Shown here piece after piece: positions 9,937-19,776 of a stretch of DNA of 64,000 nt. Under the pieces are notes generated by a model that did no database searches, was not told the origin of the DNA, and saw only the letters and a program-made list of their open reading frames with translations. The translations under genes and the position numbers were made by a program. Source of the stretch: Candidatus Micrarchaeia archaeon (GTDB taxonomy: Archaea > Micrarchaeota > Micrarchaeia > CABMEP01); the NCBI GenBank assembly GCA_038881595.1, contig JAVZPM010000001.1, positions 96,001-160,000 of the forward strand, read 5' to 3'. Within the stretch, counting starts at the first letter, position 1; every line of letters begins with the position of its first letter.

Positions 9937-9974
9937 AATACCACTCCTTGTCATTGAATGACAAATAGAAAATA

Positions 9975-9988
9975 ACAATAATTATTGT
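9975..9988. promoter_or_regulatory. Palindrome ACAATAATTATTGT just downstream of the psmA TATA-like box (candidate operator)
   Basis: Perfect 14-bp inverted repeat; the same arms recur upstream of hsp20. Confidence 0.55.
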
Positions 9989-10038
9989 AGGTTTATATTT
10001 AAAAAACTATTGACATTAACCTAAAATTATAAAAGGTA

Positions 10039-10278
10039 TTATCTTGAATTGTTTGTTCTGTTCTGCTTATAGATGATAGACACTGATGTCATTCCTTCAT
10101 CCTGCTTTGATATGGCTGTATTGTTCTCTTTTTTGTCTTTGAAAACATTTCCTTCATTGAAAAGAACAAATGTGGTGTATAAAAGAAGTGCGAAAACAAA
10201 TAAAAGAAGAACAAATCCTAATAGCTGTCGGTTTGACTTGGTAAAAAGACTTTTTTCCTTCTTTCGCTTAGCAGCCAT
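10039..10278 (-). CDS. Small single-TM hypothetical protein
   Basis: Basic N-terminus plus one hydrophobic helix; AAGGTG RBS. Confidence 0.65.
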   Translation of the reverse strand: MAAKRKKEKSLFTKSNRQLLGFVLLLFVFALLLYTTFVLFNEGNVFKDKKENNTAISKQDEGMTSVSIIYKQNRTNNSR

Positions 10279-10299
10279 ATCTACACCTTGCTCATCCGA

Positions 10300-11034
10300 T
10301 TATCTTACTATAGTATATTTTGACAAGTAAAGATGAGCTTGAAGGACAACTAGGAATGGAAGCACTATTGCAGAATTCATGAGAATAATGAATCCTTGTC
10401 TCATCATTGGATCTGAGAACATCATGAATGACAACGATGAGAACACGTAAATCATGATAAATGCAACCAAAAGCCACATTATGAAATTCAATGGCCGTCT
10501 TGCTATGTGGTTGAAGCTGCTTACCAATGCTGGAACTGGCTTTTTCTCTTCAAGAACCACTGCTGGTGCTATATAGAACAAACCTAATGAAACAATGAAA
10601 TTAACTAACAATGCAGGAAGTTCATTCATATTAATTGATAATAAATAACTGAGAAGCAAGAATTCAAGCACCTTTATTCCAACAAATATTCCAAATACTG
10701 TTAAAGTGTATCTTCCAAGGTTTCTCATTGCCTCTGCAGATACTCTTGTTCTTGTCCTTGAAGCCTTAACTACAAGGGTGACTGCAACTGCTGCAAGGGA
10801 GATAAAGAGTAATGAGATGCCTGCTGAAAATATTATTGTTATAAAATCCATCATTGTCATTTCTGGAATGCTTCCTGATCTAAGGAAATACCCACCTAGA
10901 GCTGTGAATACTGGTGCTGGTGAGAATGGAGGAAGCAAAAGAACTAATGAAAGCAAAAATGGAATTGAAAAGAATAATATCATCCCTATATTCTTTGTAT
11001 AGCTCTCTATTGCATTCTTAAGTGTATCTATCAT
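10300..11034 (-). CDS. Polytopic membrane protein of unknown function
   Basis: About 6 TM helices; GGTGG RBS. Confidence 0.8.
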   Translation of the reverse strand: MIDTLKNAIESYTKNIGMILFFSIPFLLSLVLLLPPFSPAPVFTALGGYFLRSGSIPEMTMMDFITIIFSAGISLLFISLAAVAVTLVVKASRTRTRVSAEAMRNLGRYTLTVFGIFVGIKVLEFLLLSYLLSINMNELPALLVNFIVSLGLFYIAPAVVLEEKKPVPALVSSFNHIARRPLNFIMWLLVAFIMIYVFSSLSFMMFSDPMMRQGFIILMNSAIVLPFLVVLQAHLYLSKYTIVR

Positions 11035-11122
11035 ATTTCCACCCTTGATTCATTCTAAGAAATAAATGTCCATCAAATCTTTTAAACATTCCTTTGTATG
11101 CCTATTTTACTTTATGCCTGAC

Positions 11123-12646
11123 TTATACCTTTCTTGCACATCCCGGAAGAGTGAATATTACAAAATATCTAGAATCAGTTTGAATCTTGCTTCCTCTTGT
11201 TGCTGCATCATCATAAGACCTGATTTCAACCTTGTAAACACCAGGCACATAGCTAAATGGAGAGGAAGATGAAATTGTTTCATTCAGGTTAATGAATATT
11301 CCGTCTGAATTGCTCCACCATGCTATGTTTCTTTCATTCACAGTAGGTGAATCGGTTGAACCAGAAATACCGGTCACATTAAATTTCAATCTCCAGTTCT
11401 TAAGGGTTGTATTATAGTAATAAATTGATATGTTTGTGACAATATCGTTTAGATATTGATTATGTGGATCCTCCCTCCATATTCTTGCTGTTATATTCAA
11501 CTTTGAAGGAAGAAATGTGTTTCCTTCATTAAAGAATCCTGATGGAGTTGCATAAATCCTTACGCTGATTGGATTAATGTCTCCAATAAGTACATTTCCT
11601 ACATTTACGTTTGCAACTGATGCTGCACCACATGTACCTATAATTGGAACTGTAGAATTGAAGTCAAAACTTATGGTAGGAGTGACGGTTGTTCCTGCTT
11701 GTAGAATGGGTGCTGTTGCTGACACTGTAAAATCTACAACCTCTCCCGCATTTATAGTTGAAGGTGAAAATGAATCAACTGAAAAGCCGTCAGATACTGT
11801 AACTCCAGAAATAGTAGCATTCATATCTCCTGAATTATTTAGCTTAAACTTAAATGTCACTGTTCCGCCAGGTGTCACACTATAATCAGTTTTAGTTGGA
11901 GTGAGAGTAAGGTTTGGACCTGAAATTACATTAATTTGAGTGGAATTTTCAAACGCATAGTTATTTAACATTTGATTACTATACCAACAATCTAAAGTAG
12001 GGCCTGATGTCTCAAACGATCTAGCTAGCAATGAGCATTCTCCTGTAATTAATCTTGCAGACAAATAGGTTAATCCTGTTGAAGAAACTGTAAATGGTGA
12101 AGATATTTGATTGTTGTTCTCATAAAAAGAAATGTTACCATAACAAAAAACACCCAAACTTGCAATTCCGGAGCTTTGATTAATTACTGATTTATAAATA
12201 GAAGTATAATTATATTGTGCCAAAGGATGTGGAGGTTGAGGGAATTTACTATAATTGCACCAAGAGCTTGTAATATTGTATTGTGATTTGTTTGCATTAT
12301 AGGCATTTTCTGAAATCCATAAAATAGATTGTGGGAAAGAAGATGATGGAGAAGAATAAGTAGAGCATTCACGAGGACATTCAACCACAACTGAAATTGG
12401 AGAAAATGTAGTGATATTATTTGCTGTTAAACCTAATTGAGAACCAGTACAAACATAACTCCCATTTGTTACTATAACTGAACCATAAGATATATTAAAT
12501 GGAATTACAGCGTTAAATCTCACTGTAGCATTAGATTGATTATTAATGTGTGATAAAAATATTGTTTGAATATCTATGGCGTTAATTAAAGAAGAAAGAA
12601 ATATGATAAAGTAAAATATGGAAACATTGGATCGTAGAAAATACAA
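11123..12646 (-). CDS. Secreted Asn/Ser/Thr-rich surface protein with an Ig-like (CARDB/NEW3-like) domain
   Basis: Signal peptide, many NxS/T sequons, and the Ig-like pattern V-x-PG-x-TVTF-x-F-x-L-x-N-x-G...I-x-AGE. Confidence 0.7.
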   Translation of the reverse strand: MYFLRSNVSIFYFIIFLSSLINAIDIQTIFLSHINNQSNATVRFNAVIPFNISYGSVIVTNGSYVCTGSQLGLTANNITTFSPISVVVECPRECSTYSSPSSSFPQSILWISENAYNANKSQYNITSSWCNYSKFPQPPHPLAQYNYTSIYKSVINQSSGIASLGVFCYGNISFYENNNQISSPFTVSSTGLTYLSARLITGECSLLARSFETSGPTLDCWYSNQMLNNYAFENSTQINVISGPNLTLTPTKTDYSVTPGGTVTFKFKLNNSGDMNATISGVTVSDGFSVDSFSPSTINAGEVVDFTVSATAPILQAGTTVTPTISFDFNSTVPIIGTCGAASVANVNVGNVLIGDINPISVRIYATPSGFFNEGNTFLPSKLNITARIWREDPHNQYLNDIVTNISIYYYNTTLKNWRLKFNVTGISGSTDSPTVNERNIAWWSNSDGIFINLNETISSSSPFSYVPGVYKVEIRSYDDAATRGSKIQTDSRYFVIFTLPGCARKV

Positions 12647-12672
12647 ATGATCACCTAATCGTTTAACTTAAT

Positions 12673-15600
12673 TTATTTTAATCCTATTTTAACTGAAAAA
12701 CCATAATTAGAGCCCTCCAAAGCATTCCATCTACCATACATTCCAACCTCGTCTAAGAAGTCGACATTAAATGGTTTCTTCCAAGATGCATAAATCTCTG
12801 TGGCTTTAGTTCCACCTAACTCCTTTCTAATGTATGTAGATGCCTTACCAAGATTAAATGTGGATTCGACATATGAGAACTTTTCTTTATTCAACTTCAT
12901 ACCTTCTTTTTTATCATATTCGAATATGTCACCTAATCCTATGTCCAATACGGGAGAGACCTTCTTTCCAGTTAACAAATATAATAAGTCAGATAGTGGT
13001 GATAAAGATATATATTTTGCTTCTATACGTGTGCTATAATAATTGGTACCGAAAAGGTTGTATTGAGTGTAACTTAACTTAGTTGCTTGAGGTATGCTTG
13101 CAATTATCTGCAATAGATTCTTTTTAGTCAAAATCGAATCAACAATGTTATCTCCTGCTCCAATAAAATCAAAGTGCCTAAAACCATTACCAAAAAGAAG
13201 ATTTAAACTACCGTACTTTCCTTTTTTAGTACGACCAAAATCAAAAGTCCCGCCCCATAAACCATCGCTTTCTTCAAAATGAATTTTCTGCTGTGTCACA
13301 ATTGGATCACTGTAGGTACCATCTGGATTTATTTCCTGTATTGTAGTAGTCAGCATTCCATCTAACTTTGTAGTTGCTCTTCCATAAGTTATACCTGAAA
13401 AAGATAATATTGAAGCATCTTTCAAAGGAATCATATTAATTGGCTTCTCTAATGCAATTGAAAAGGTATTAATTTTCATAGAGGTTGTGATATCGGTTGT
13501 GGCTTGACTCTTAGCTAAAAATATTCTGCTAAGATCTGCAGCACCTCCATAATTTCTACCTTTCATTATATCTATCCATCTATTTAAGTCGTTTACTTTG
13601 CCATCTTTAAATGACTGCAGAAATTCTTTATCTGAATTTGAAAGTGAAGAATCATTTGCTAATTTACTATCCCATATTACAGAGGTAAAATCTCTTGCAG
13701 ATTGAATTAATTTCCAAGCTGCATTGTTTATATCTTCTTCTCTTCCGGATGATAGCGCTTTCTCCAAATCTATAGAGGAATAGTAGAGATTATTTAAATA
13801 ATCTATATTTATTCCCAAGTCTTTTGCAACGCTATAGAATGAGTTAGGATCAAACGAAAGACCTTGAACGCTCATTCTTGATGTAGCTGAAGGAATGATT
13901 GGGGGTTTTGGTAAATATTCTCTTTCAACAAATGACAATCTAGAATCTTTTTTGTCTCTATTAAATGCAAAATTATTTTCAGTTAATAATTTTGCACCGC
14001 TGTATCTGCCATATGGTGGAATAATCTCCCATCTTATTTTAAATCCGTCTTCAGTTTTTTGAACTGTAATTAATTTTGCTCTTGTGAATTCGAATAAACC
14101 TAAGACTTTTAATGGACATGGATAATAGTTAAATGAAATAATTTTTTCATTTTTCGATATGACTTCTAATGTTTCATCTTTTCTCTGATATAACTCTATC
14201 TTTTCTTTAGAGGTTTTATCAATATAACTGTTAGAAAATTTCCAACCATTGTTTAACAGATACTTTTTCTCAAACCAACCTAAATCTATATTAAATCTGT
14301 CCCCTCTTGGCCAATTCTCCCCAATTCCAACTGTCTTTCTAATGGCAGTGGTATTTATAGGTTGAAGTATTAATGGAAATGAACCGTTAACATATTTAGT
14401 GTATTGTCTTTTTTCAACATCGAATACATATACTTCCGCATCCATATCATTGTAAATTGTACCTGATACTGAATCGAAAGTTGGATCTCTCTCTTCTTTT
14501 GTAGTTACTATATCTTTAGGTACTAAAATAAAAGATTTCCATTTATTCTCAAGAATTTTTTCTGCATTTTGTATATCTCTCTGTGTTAATGTTGCACTAA
14601 TTCTTTCTTTTCCATCGAAATAAATGGCTTTAAACCAAGGATTATGGATTGTAAACAACTCCGGATATCCAGTATAATTTGGTAAAGTACCATAAAAAAA
14701 TGCTTGATAAATTTTAATCATAAATGACTTCATATCTTTTTTAGACATTTTTTCTAGATTTATGTCTTTATTTTGAATGCTGTCGCTTATTAATTTCGCT
14801 ACAAGAGGAAACTTATTAGGTGGATATAATTTAAGAAAATCTTTTTTCTGAATAGCTTCAATTATTTTAGGCAGGTTTTGTTCTATACTCTTGAAGCATA
14901 GTTCTAATGCCTTCATGTAATTTACAGCTTCATTCATTTTTTTCTTAAATAGCTCTTCATTTTCATTGCTTCTTGGATCTCCTATATATTTATTAAATCC
15001 TTCCTTGACTAAGATACTTGTAATATCTGAATATATATCTGGTATAAAGTTTGCAACCTCAGGATACTTTGAAATCAATTTAATTAAAAGGTTATTTATT
15101 TCATCTTTAGTTTCACCATACATTTGTCTAAGGGTGGGATCAGGAATCACATTACCTTTTTCCGGATCCATGTCTACATTTCTAAGAGGTTTATCTGTCT
15201 TCTTAGGAGAGATATATTTCTTTAATAAGTTGTACATCTCATCCTCATAATTTTGAGGGTATTTACCTGCGCTATATATTTCATCTAACCTCTGAAATGG
15301 GTTTCCTTTACTGGTATCATAAGATACTCCATTCCAATCTATTTGAGAAACATCAACACCTTCTTCTTTTAATCTTTTTAAGACTATATCTTCTTTTAAT
15401 CTTTTTAAGACTCTATAAAGAATTGCAATTTGAGAATCCTCTGGATTAAGATTAAGAATATATTTCGTTCCTCTTCCATACCCGCCCATATAGTAGCCTA
15501 TATCGATTTCTTTTCTATTTTTAATAGCATCTAATATAGCATTAGCCATTTCTTCGTTTTCAGTGATATATGCTACAAGTAAAAACATTTTAGCTTCCAT

Positions 15601-16050
15601 AAAAGGAGTTATAGAACCATCACGTTTCATGTTTGCATAATTCTCTGGTACGTGCATTTCACCTAAGCCCTTTTTATAATTTTCTATAGAAAAAATTCGA
15701 TCTTCGTAACCTGCTGACTTTAATTTTTTTTCTATTTCCTTTATCTTTTTATCATCTAATTTTGATTCAAGTTCTTTTATGATTTTAAAAGTAGTATCTA
15801 ATTTTTTATAAGAATTAATAGGCCATTCTATTTGTCGAATCTTTTCCTGTTCTTCCTTTTGCTTCTGTGCAGTCGCCAATTTATCACCCATTCTCTCCAC
15901 CTTTATACTACTATTATTTTGTATGTATTTAAATACCTTTGTTTCTTTTGTATATATCGGTTCAAATAGTGGCTCAAAAAGAAGAAAAGATGAAAATATG
16001 AGTTTGTTGACTCTGATTAAAGCTACCTCCTTATAATTACGAATAGACAT
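12673..16050 (-). CDS. Large hypothetical protein with shared leader and beta-strand-rich C-terminus
   Basis: 1125-aa ORF; leader shared with the 19777..23475 gene; ends NYGFSVKIGLK. Confidence 0.8.
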   Translation of the reverse strand: MSIRNYKEVALIRVNKLIFSSFLLFEPLFEPIYTKETKVFKYIQNNSSIKVERMGDKLATAQKQKEEQEKIRQIEWPINSYKKLDTTFKIIKELESKLDDKKIKEIEKKLKSAGYEDRIFSIENYKKGLGEMHVPENYANMKRDGSITPFMEAKMFLLVAYITENEEMANAILDAIKNRKEIDIGYYMGGYGRGTKYILNLNPEDSQIAILYRVLKRLKEDIVLKRLKEEGVDVSQIDWNGVSYDTSKGNPFQRLDEIYSAGKYPQNYEDEMYNLLKKYISPKKTDKPLRNVDMDPEKGNVIPDPTLRQMYGETKDEINNLLIKLISKYPEVANFIPDIYSDITSILVKEGFNKYIGDPRSNENEELFKKKMNEAVNYMKALELCFKSIEQNLPKIIEAIQKKDFLKLYPPNKFPLVAKLISDSIQNKDINLEKMSKKDMKSFMIKIYQAFFYGTLPNYTGYPELFTIHNPWFKAIYFDGKERISATLTQRDIQNAEKILENKWKSFILVPKDIVTTKEERDPTFDSVSGTIYNDMDAEVYVFDVEKRQYTKYVNGSFPLILQPINTTAIRKTVGIGENWPRGDRFNIDLGWFEKKYLLNNGWKFSNSYIDKTSKEKIELYQRKDETLEVISKNEKIISFNYYPCPLKVLGLFEFTRAKLITVQKTEDGFKIRWEIIPPYGRYSGAKLLTENNFAFNRDKKDSRLSFVEREYLPKPPIIPSATSRMSVQGLSFDPNSFYSVAKDLGINIDYLNNLYYSSIDLEKALSSGREEDINNAAWKLIQSARDFTSVIWDSKLANDSSLSNSDKEFLQSFKDGKVNDLNRWIDIMKGRNYGGAADLSRIFLAKSQATTDITTSMKINTFSIALEKPINMIPLKDASILSFSGITYGRATTKLDGMLTTTIQEINPDGTYSDPIVTQQKIHFEESDGLWGGTFDFGRTKKGKYGSLNLLFGNGFRHFDFIGAGDNIVDSILTKKNLLQIIASIPQATKLSYTQYNLFGTNYYSTRIEAKYISLSPLSDLLYLLTGKKVSPVLDIGLGDIFEYDKKEGMKLNKEKFSYVESTFNLGKASTYIRKELGGTKATEIYASWKKPFNVDFLDEVGMYGRWNALEGSNYGFSVKIGLK
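15362..15412. repeat. In-frame tandem duplication, period 27 nt
   Basis: TCTTCTTTTAATCTTTTTAAGACT at 15362-15385 and 15389-15412; encodes VLKRLKED-I-VLKRLKEE. Confidence 0.9.
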
Positions 16051-16123
16051 ATTATAATAAGAATATTGGAATTAAAATAACTTTCGCTTGTATTAAACCC
16101 TGGTAATTAAAAAATAAAGTTAC

Positions 16124-17251
16124 TTAATATTCTTTTTTCATCCTTAAAATAACAAATTTTTGTTTTACATCTATAAAGTAGGTTATATTTTTGTTACCTA
16201 TCTTTACTTCTACTTCTGAAGGCTGCTTGTTTAAAAGATCGTTTAAAAAAGTAGTATTAAAATCGTCTCGACTGAGAGATATGCTATCTTTGGGCGTATT
16301 TGTTGACTTATCAATATTATTAATTATTTCATTTTTAATATCATCTAATTTACTGAATTTCTTCGTGATTTGAGATTGAGACATGTTAGAAAATGTCGCT
16401 GTTGAAACAGAAACTACTTGTTTCTCCGTAGGTTTTTTCTCTAACTCTTCTTCTTTTATCTTTTTACCTATTTTTTTTCCTCCTTCTAATAGACTCAATA
16501 AATACTTCTGTTGTGCTAAAATTTCTTGTTGCCTCCTTTCAAGCTCTGCTATCTTTTGTTTATTTTCTTCTTTCTCTACAGCAAGCTCTTTTTTAACTTC
16601 CATTAGTTTTTCAGTTAATTCTTTATTTTTATTAGTAAGTAATTGTATAAGTTTTTGTTTAGTTTCTTCTGCCTTCATAACTTCATCCTTATACTTTCCA
16701 GAGAGATATTCTCTAGCAAATTCCAAAACTGTTTTTGTATCTTCGAAATACTCCTTTGTCCATTTTTTAATTGTTTTTAATTTGTCACTTTTATTTTTTT
16801 GTTCTGGCTGTATTTTGTCTATTACTTTTTCCATTTCCTTAATTGATTGTTCTAAAGACTGAGTAGATTCTTGTATTTCAGCGATAGGAATGGAAGAAAT
16901 TTCAATTTCTTGAGGTTTAACTTCCTCAATAACTTTTTGTTGTTCTAATTTTTCTGCCTCTTCTCTATACATTTTTATAAGATCATCTAAATTGATCTTG
17001 ATTCCAAATCGATAATATTTTTTAGCATTATAGCCTTTATCTAAAGATTCAAGAAATTTATTTCTTGGAGATTCGTCTTTAAATTCTATGATAATACCTT
17101 CTCGGTCAGAACGGATCAATTTTATATCATTATTTAACCTTATTTTTTCTATAAAAGAATTAGGTGCAACTTGATCTAAATAATCTTTTATAAATTTATC
17201 AATATCAAATTTTTCCTTTTGAACTTGAGTCATCTTTCCACCTTCTTTCAT
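16124..17251 (-). CDS. Hypothetical coiled-coil protein
   Basis: K/E-rich heptad region; alternative start MTQVQK at 17233. Confidence 0.75.
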   Translation of the reverse strand: MKEGGKMTQVQKEKFDIDKFIKDYLDQVAPNSFIEKIRLNNDIKLIRSDREGIIIEFKDESPRNKFLESLDKGYNAKKYYRFGIKINLDDLIKMYREEAEKLEQQKVIEEVKPQEIEISSIPIAEIQESTQSLEQSIKEMEKVIDKIQPEQKNKSDKLKTIKKWTKEYFEDTKTVLEFAREYLSGKYKDEVMKAEETKQKLIQLLTNKNKELTEKLMEVKKELAVEKEENKQKIAELERRQQEILAQQKYLLSLLEGGKKIGKKIKEEELEKKPTEKQVVSVSTATFSNMSQSQITKKFSKLDDIKNEIINNIDKSTNTPKDSISLSRDDFNTTFLNDLLNKQPSEVEVKIGNKNITYFIDVKQKFVILRMKKEY

Positions 17252-17348
17252 GTCACCACGATATACTAAAGTACATTATTATTTATATATGTTTCCCTTT
17301 TGCTTTTAAAAAAGATAAATATTTAAATCATAAAATATATATCCAATT

Positions 17349-18293
17349 ATGCAAAAACAGATAGAACAAAATAAATATGAAGAAATAAAAAAGAAATATG
17401 AAGAGATTAATAAAAAATTCAAAAATTTCACTAATTTAAATTCTAGTCAAAGGAAAGAATTAATTCGTGAAATTTCTGATTTAAATAATAAAATTAAAGA
17501 CAATCCTAATTTTGGTAAGATGCTTGAAAAAGAAATGAATATTATACTTTATGATAAAGATGGTAAGTATAATGGAAATAGATTTAAGATAATGGCGTAC
17601 TGGATAAGAAGGGAAGAAATTAACAAAGAAACATTGAAATTACGAGATGATAATTTAGCAGTTATTGAACTCATAAATGAACCATCTATTCGTAAAAGAC
17701 TCAATAAAACTAAAGAAGCGATAGAAAACCTCAGAAATGCTGAAATAGAAGAAAATGTAAATAATATAAAAATAAGAAAATATTACCTAGACATAATAGA
17801 AATATATAGAAATAGTATAGAAATTGCAAAAGAAAGAGGAGTGGATTATAAAGGTATGTTAATGGGAATGGAAGATGCAGAAAAATTCAATAATTTCATG
17901 GTCGGGCAAATAGATCTTTCATTAGCAGGTTTGATGAGTAAGGAATTCGCTAAGATTATATATCAGCATAAATCATTATTTAAGAATAAAAAAGAGTATA
18001 GTAATGAAGAAATTCATTTAATGGAAAATATAAAGAAAGAAATACAAACCAAAATAGACCAACTTACAAAAAATCTTGAAAATGTTAAAGAAATAAAAGA
18101 AAGAAGTCTTTCTTTTTTCAAAAAAGTTGCAAGTGGAGACAAGAACATTTCTATAGAAATGGTAAAGGAAGCAGCAGAAAAATGGAAAAATTTTGTTCCT
18201 AATGCAAAGAAAATTGAAGAGCAAACAAAAATAGAGATAGAAGGTCTACTTCTTGCTTATTCTGCTTTAGATAGATTACAAAAAGCAGCGTGA
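17349..18293 (+). CDS. Hypothetical helical protein
   Basis: 314-aa ORF with a TATA-like TTTAAAT upstream. Confidence 0.75.
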   Translation: MQKQIEQNKYEEIKKKYEEINKKFKNFTNLNSSQRKELIREISDLNNKIKDNPNFGKMLEKEMNIILYDKDGKYNGNRFKIMAYWIRREEINKETLKLRDDNLAVIELINEPSIRKRLNKTKEAIENLRNAEIEENVNNIKIRKYYLDIIEIYRNSIEIAKERGVDYKGMLMGMEDAEKFNNFMVGQIDLSLAGLMSKEFAKIIYQHKSLFKNKKEYSNEEIHLMENIKKEIQTKIDQLTKNLENVKEIKERSLSFFKKVASGDKNISIEMVKEAAEKWKNFVPNAKKIEEQTKIEIEGLLLAYSALDRLQKAA

Positions 18294-18312
18294 GTTGTAA
18301 AAATACATTGAA

Positions 18313-18636
18313 TCATCTAATTACTTCCTTAGCTTTCTTTATTGTACCAGATGTATAAATTGCCTTAAGGTGAATCTTTTTTCCTTCGTATGAATTGAAA
18401 AGAGCTAAAGCAGTCTTCAAATCTTCTGTTCCCTTATTCAGGCATCTTATAACTGCCTTTTGATTTAAGTGGTCAAAATAAACTAGATTAGGCATTACAT
18501 CTGAATAATGGATTTTACCTATCAAACTCAATAAGTCCTTTTTAAGTATGGAGATAAGATCATCTTTAACTAAAGGAACCTCTGAAATAATCTCTATTGC
18601 AACATATCTGTAATTCTCTCTTAGAGTAGCTTTCAT
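18313..18636 (-). CDS. RNase P protein Pop5/Rpp14
   Basis: LRENYRYV and TSGTIKKA motifs. Confidence 0.92.
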   Translation of the reverse strand: MKATLRENYRYVAIEIISEVPLVKDDLISILKKDLLSLIGKIHYSDVMPNLVYFDHLNQKAVIRCLNKGTEDLKTALALFNSYEGKKIHLKAIYTSGTIKKAKEVIR

Positions 18637-18662
18637 GAAACCACCAAATCATAAAAAAATAA

Positions 18663-19109
18663 TTATAGATATCTTTTAATAATCATGAAAGACTGCCTTA
18701 CTTGATCCTTGCTCATTCCGCAAAGCCTCATTATTGATGCAGCTTCATCTATGCTTCTTACTGAGTATTTATCCTTTGCCATCGAAGCAATGATAAATTT
18801 CAATTTGTAATGCCTTCCAACTCTTATGAAATTTGAAATCCTGTAAATTGCTAAATATGGTTTTTCAGTTATAATGTCTGAAAGAGAGATCAAAAATGGT
18901 TTATTTAGCGATTTTGCCTTTGCAAACATCTCTAAGGATATCTCATATTTAGGGCAGTAGAGAATCTTTCCTTTTCTCATTAACTTTGTTATTTTTTCTG
19001 GATCTCCAACTAGGAAAAGGTCCTTAATATCTGACAACCTATAGAATCTAAACTGGCTCTTTTTTTCTATACTTTCATCAATAGGAAAGTCAACTATGTC
19101 AAAATACAT
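18663..19109 (-). CDS. RNase P protein Rpp30-like, shortened
   Basis: IIASMAKDKYSVRS...CGMS resembles the Rpp30 C-terminal motif; sits between rpl15e and pop5. Confidence 0.7.
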   Translation of the reverse strand: MYFDIVDFPIDESIEKKSQFRFYRLSDIKDLFLVGDPEKITKLMRKGKILYCPKYEISLEMFAKAKSLNKPFLISLSDIITEKPYLAIYRISNFIRVGRHYKLKFIIASMAKDKYSVRSIDEAASIMRLCGMSKDQVRQSFMIIKRYL

Positions 19110-19152
19110 ATTATCAAAATAAGTTAAAAGAAAAAGAAATAAAAGATTAGGT

Positions 19153-19635
19153 TTATCTTAATCCTCTCATCTTTCTTCCTTGAGAGGTAAGACCCCTAAA
19201 TACCCTTCCTTTTTGAAGCTTCAGACCAGTTTTTTCTGGATCTACAAGTATTACTTCATAGAATTTGTATTGACCATCTTCTCCTACAAAGTATGAGTTA
19301 AGAACCTCAAGATTCCTGAACTTTCTTCCTGCTCTTTCCTCTGCAATAAGTTGAAGTGATTTATGCCTTGAATAGAATCTTCCTGTCTTTGAAGGCTTTC
19401 TTCCTCTCATATGAATTTCTCTCTTTCTCTTTCCTCGCTTAACTCTCACTCTTACTATTACAAATCCATCCTTCGCCTTGTAACCTAATGTTCTTGCTCT
19501 TGCAAGGTTTGTAGGTTTTTCCACTCTAACTATCGGAGACTGTTTTCTCCATTCAGATATTCTTGCTCTGTAGGCAGGAGATCTTTCTTTATATTCCTTT
19601 TGGAATGTTTTCTGAATTTGCTTATAAAGAGACAT
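19153..19635 (-). CDS. rpl15e: 50S ribosomal protein L15e (eL15)
   Basis: [27 protein letters not shown] and RVFRGLTS motifs. Confidence 0.97.
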   Translation of the reverse strand: MSLYKQIQKTFQKEYKERSPAYRARISEWRKQSPIVRVEKPTNLARARTLGYKAKDGFVIVRVRVKRGKRKREIHMRGRKPSKTGRFYSRHKSLQLIAEERAGRKFRNLEVLNSYFVGEDGQYKFYEVILVDPEKTGLKLQKGRVFRGLTSQGRKMRGLR

Positions 19636-19776
19636 AACATCACTTTAGATAATTTAATAAGTCAAAACATAAGTTAAGACTGTAAGATATATTAACTTAG
19701 AAAAAATATATAAAGCTTAATACTTGGATGGCGGAAAATATATTAACCCCTTTTGCGTCTTATTTTTGCTGATTTT

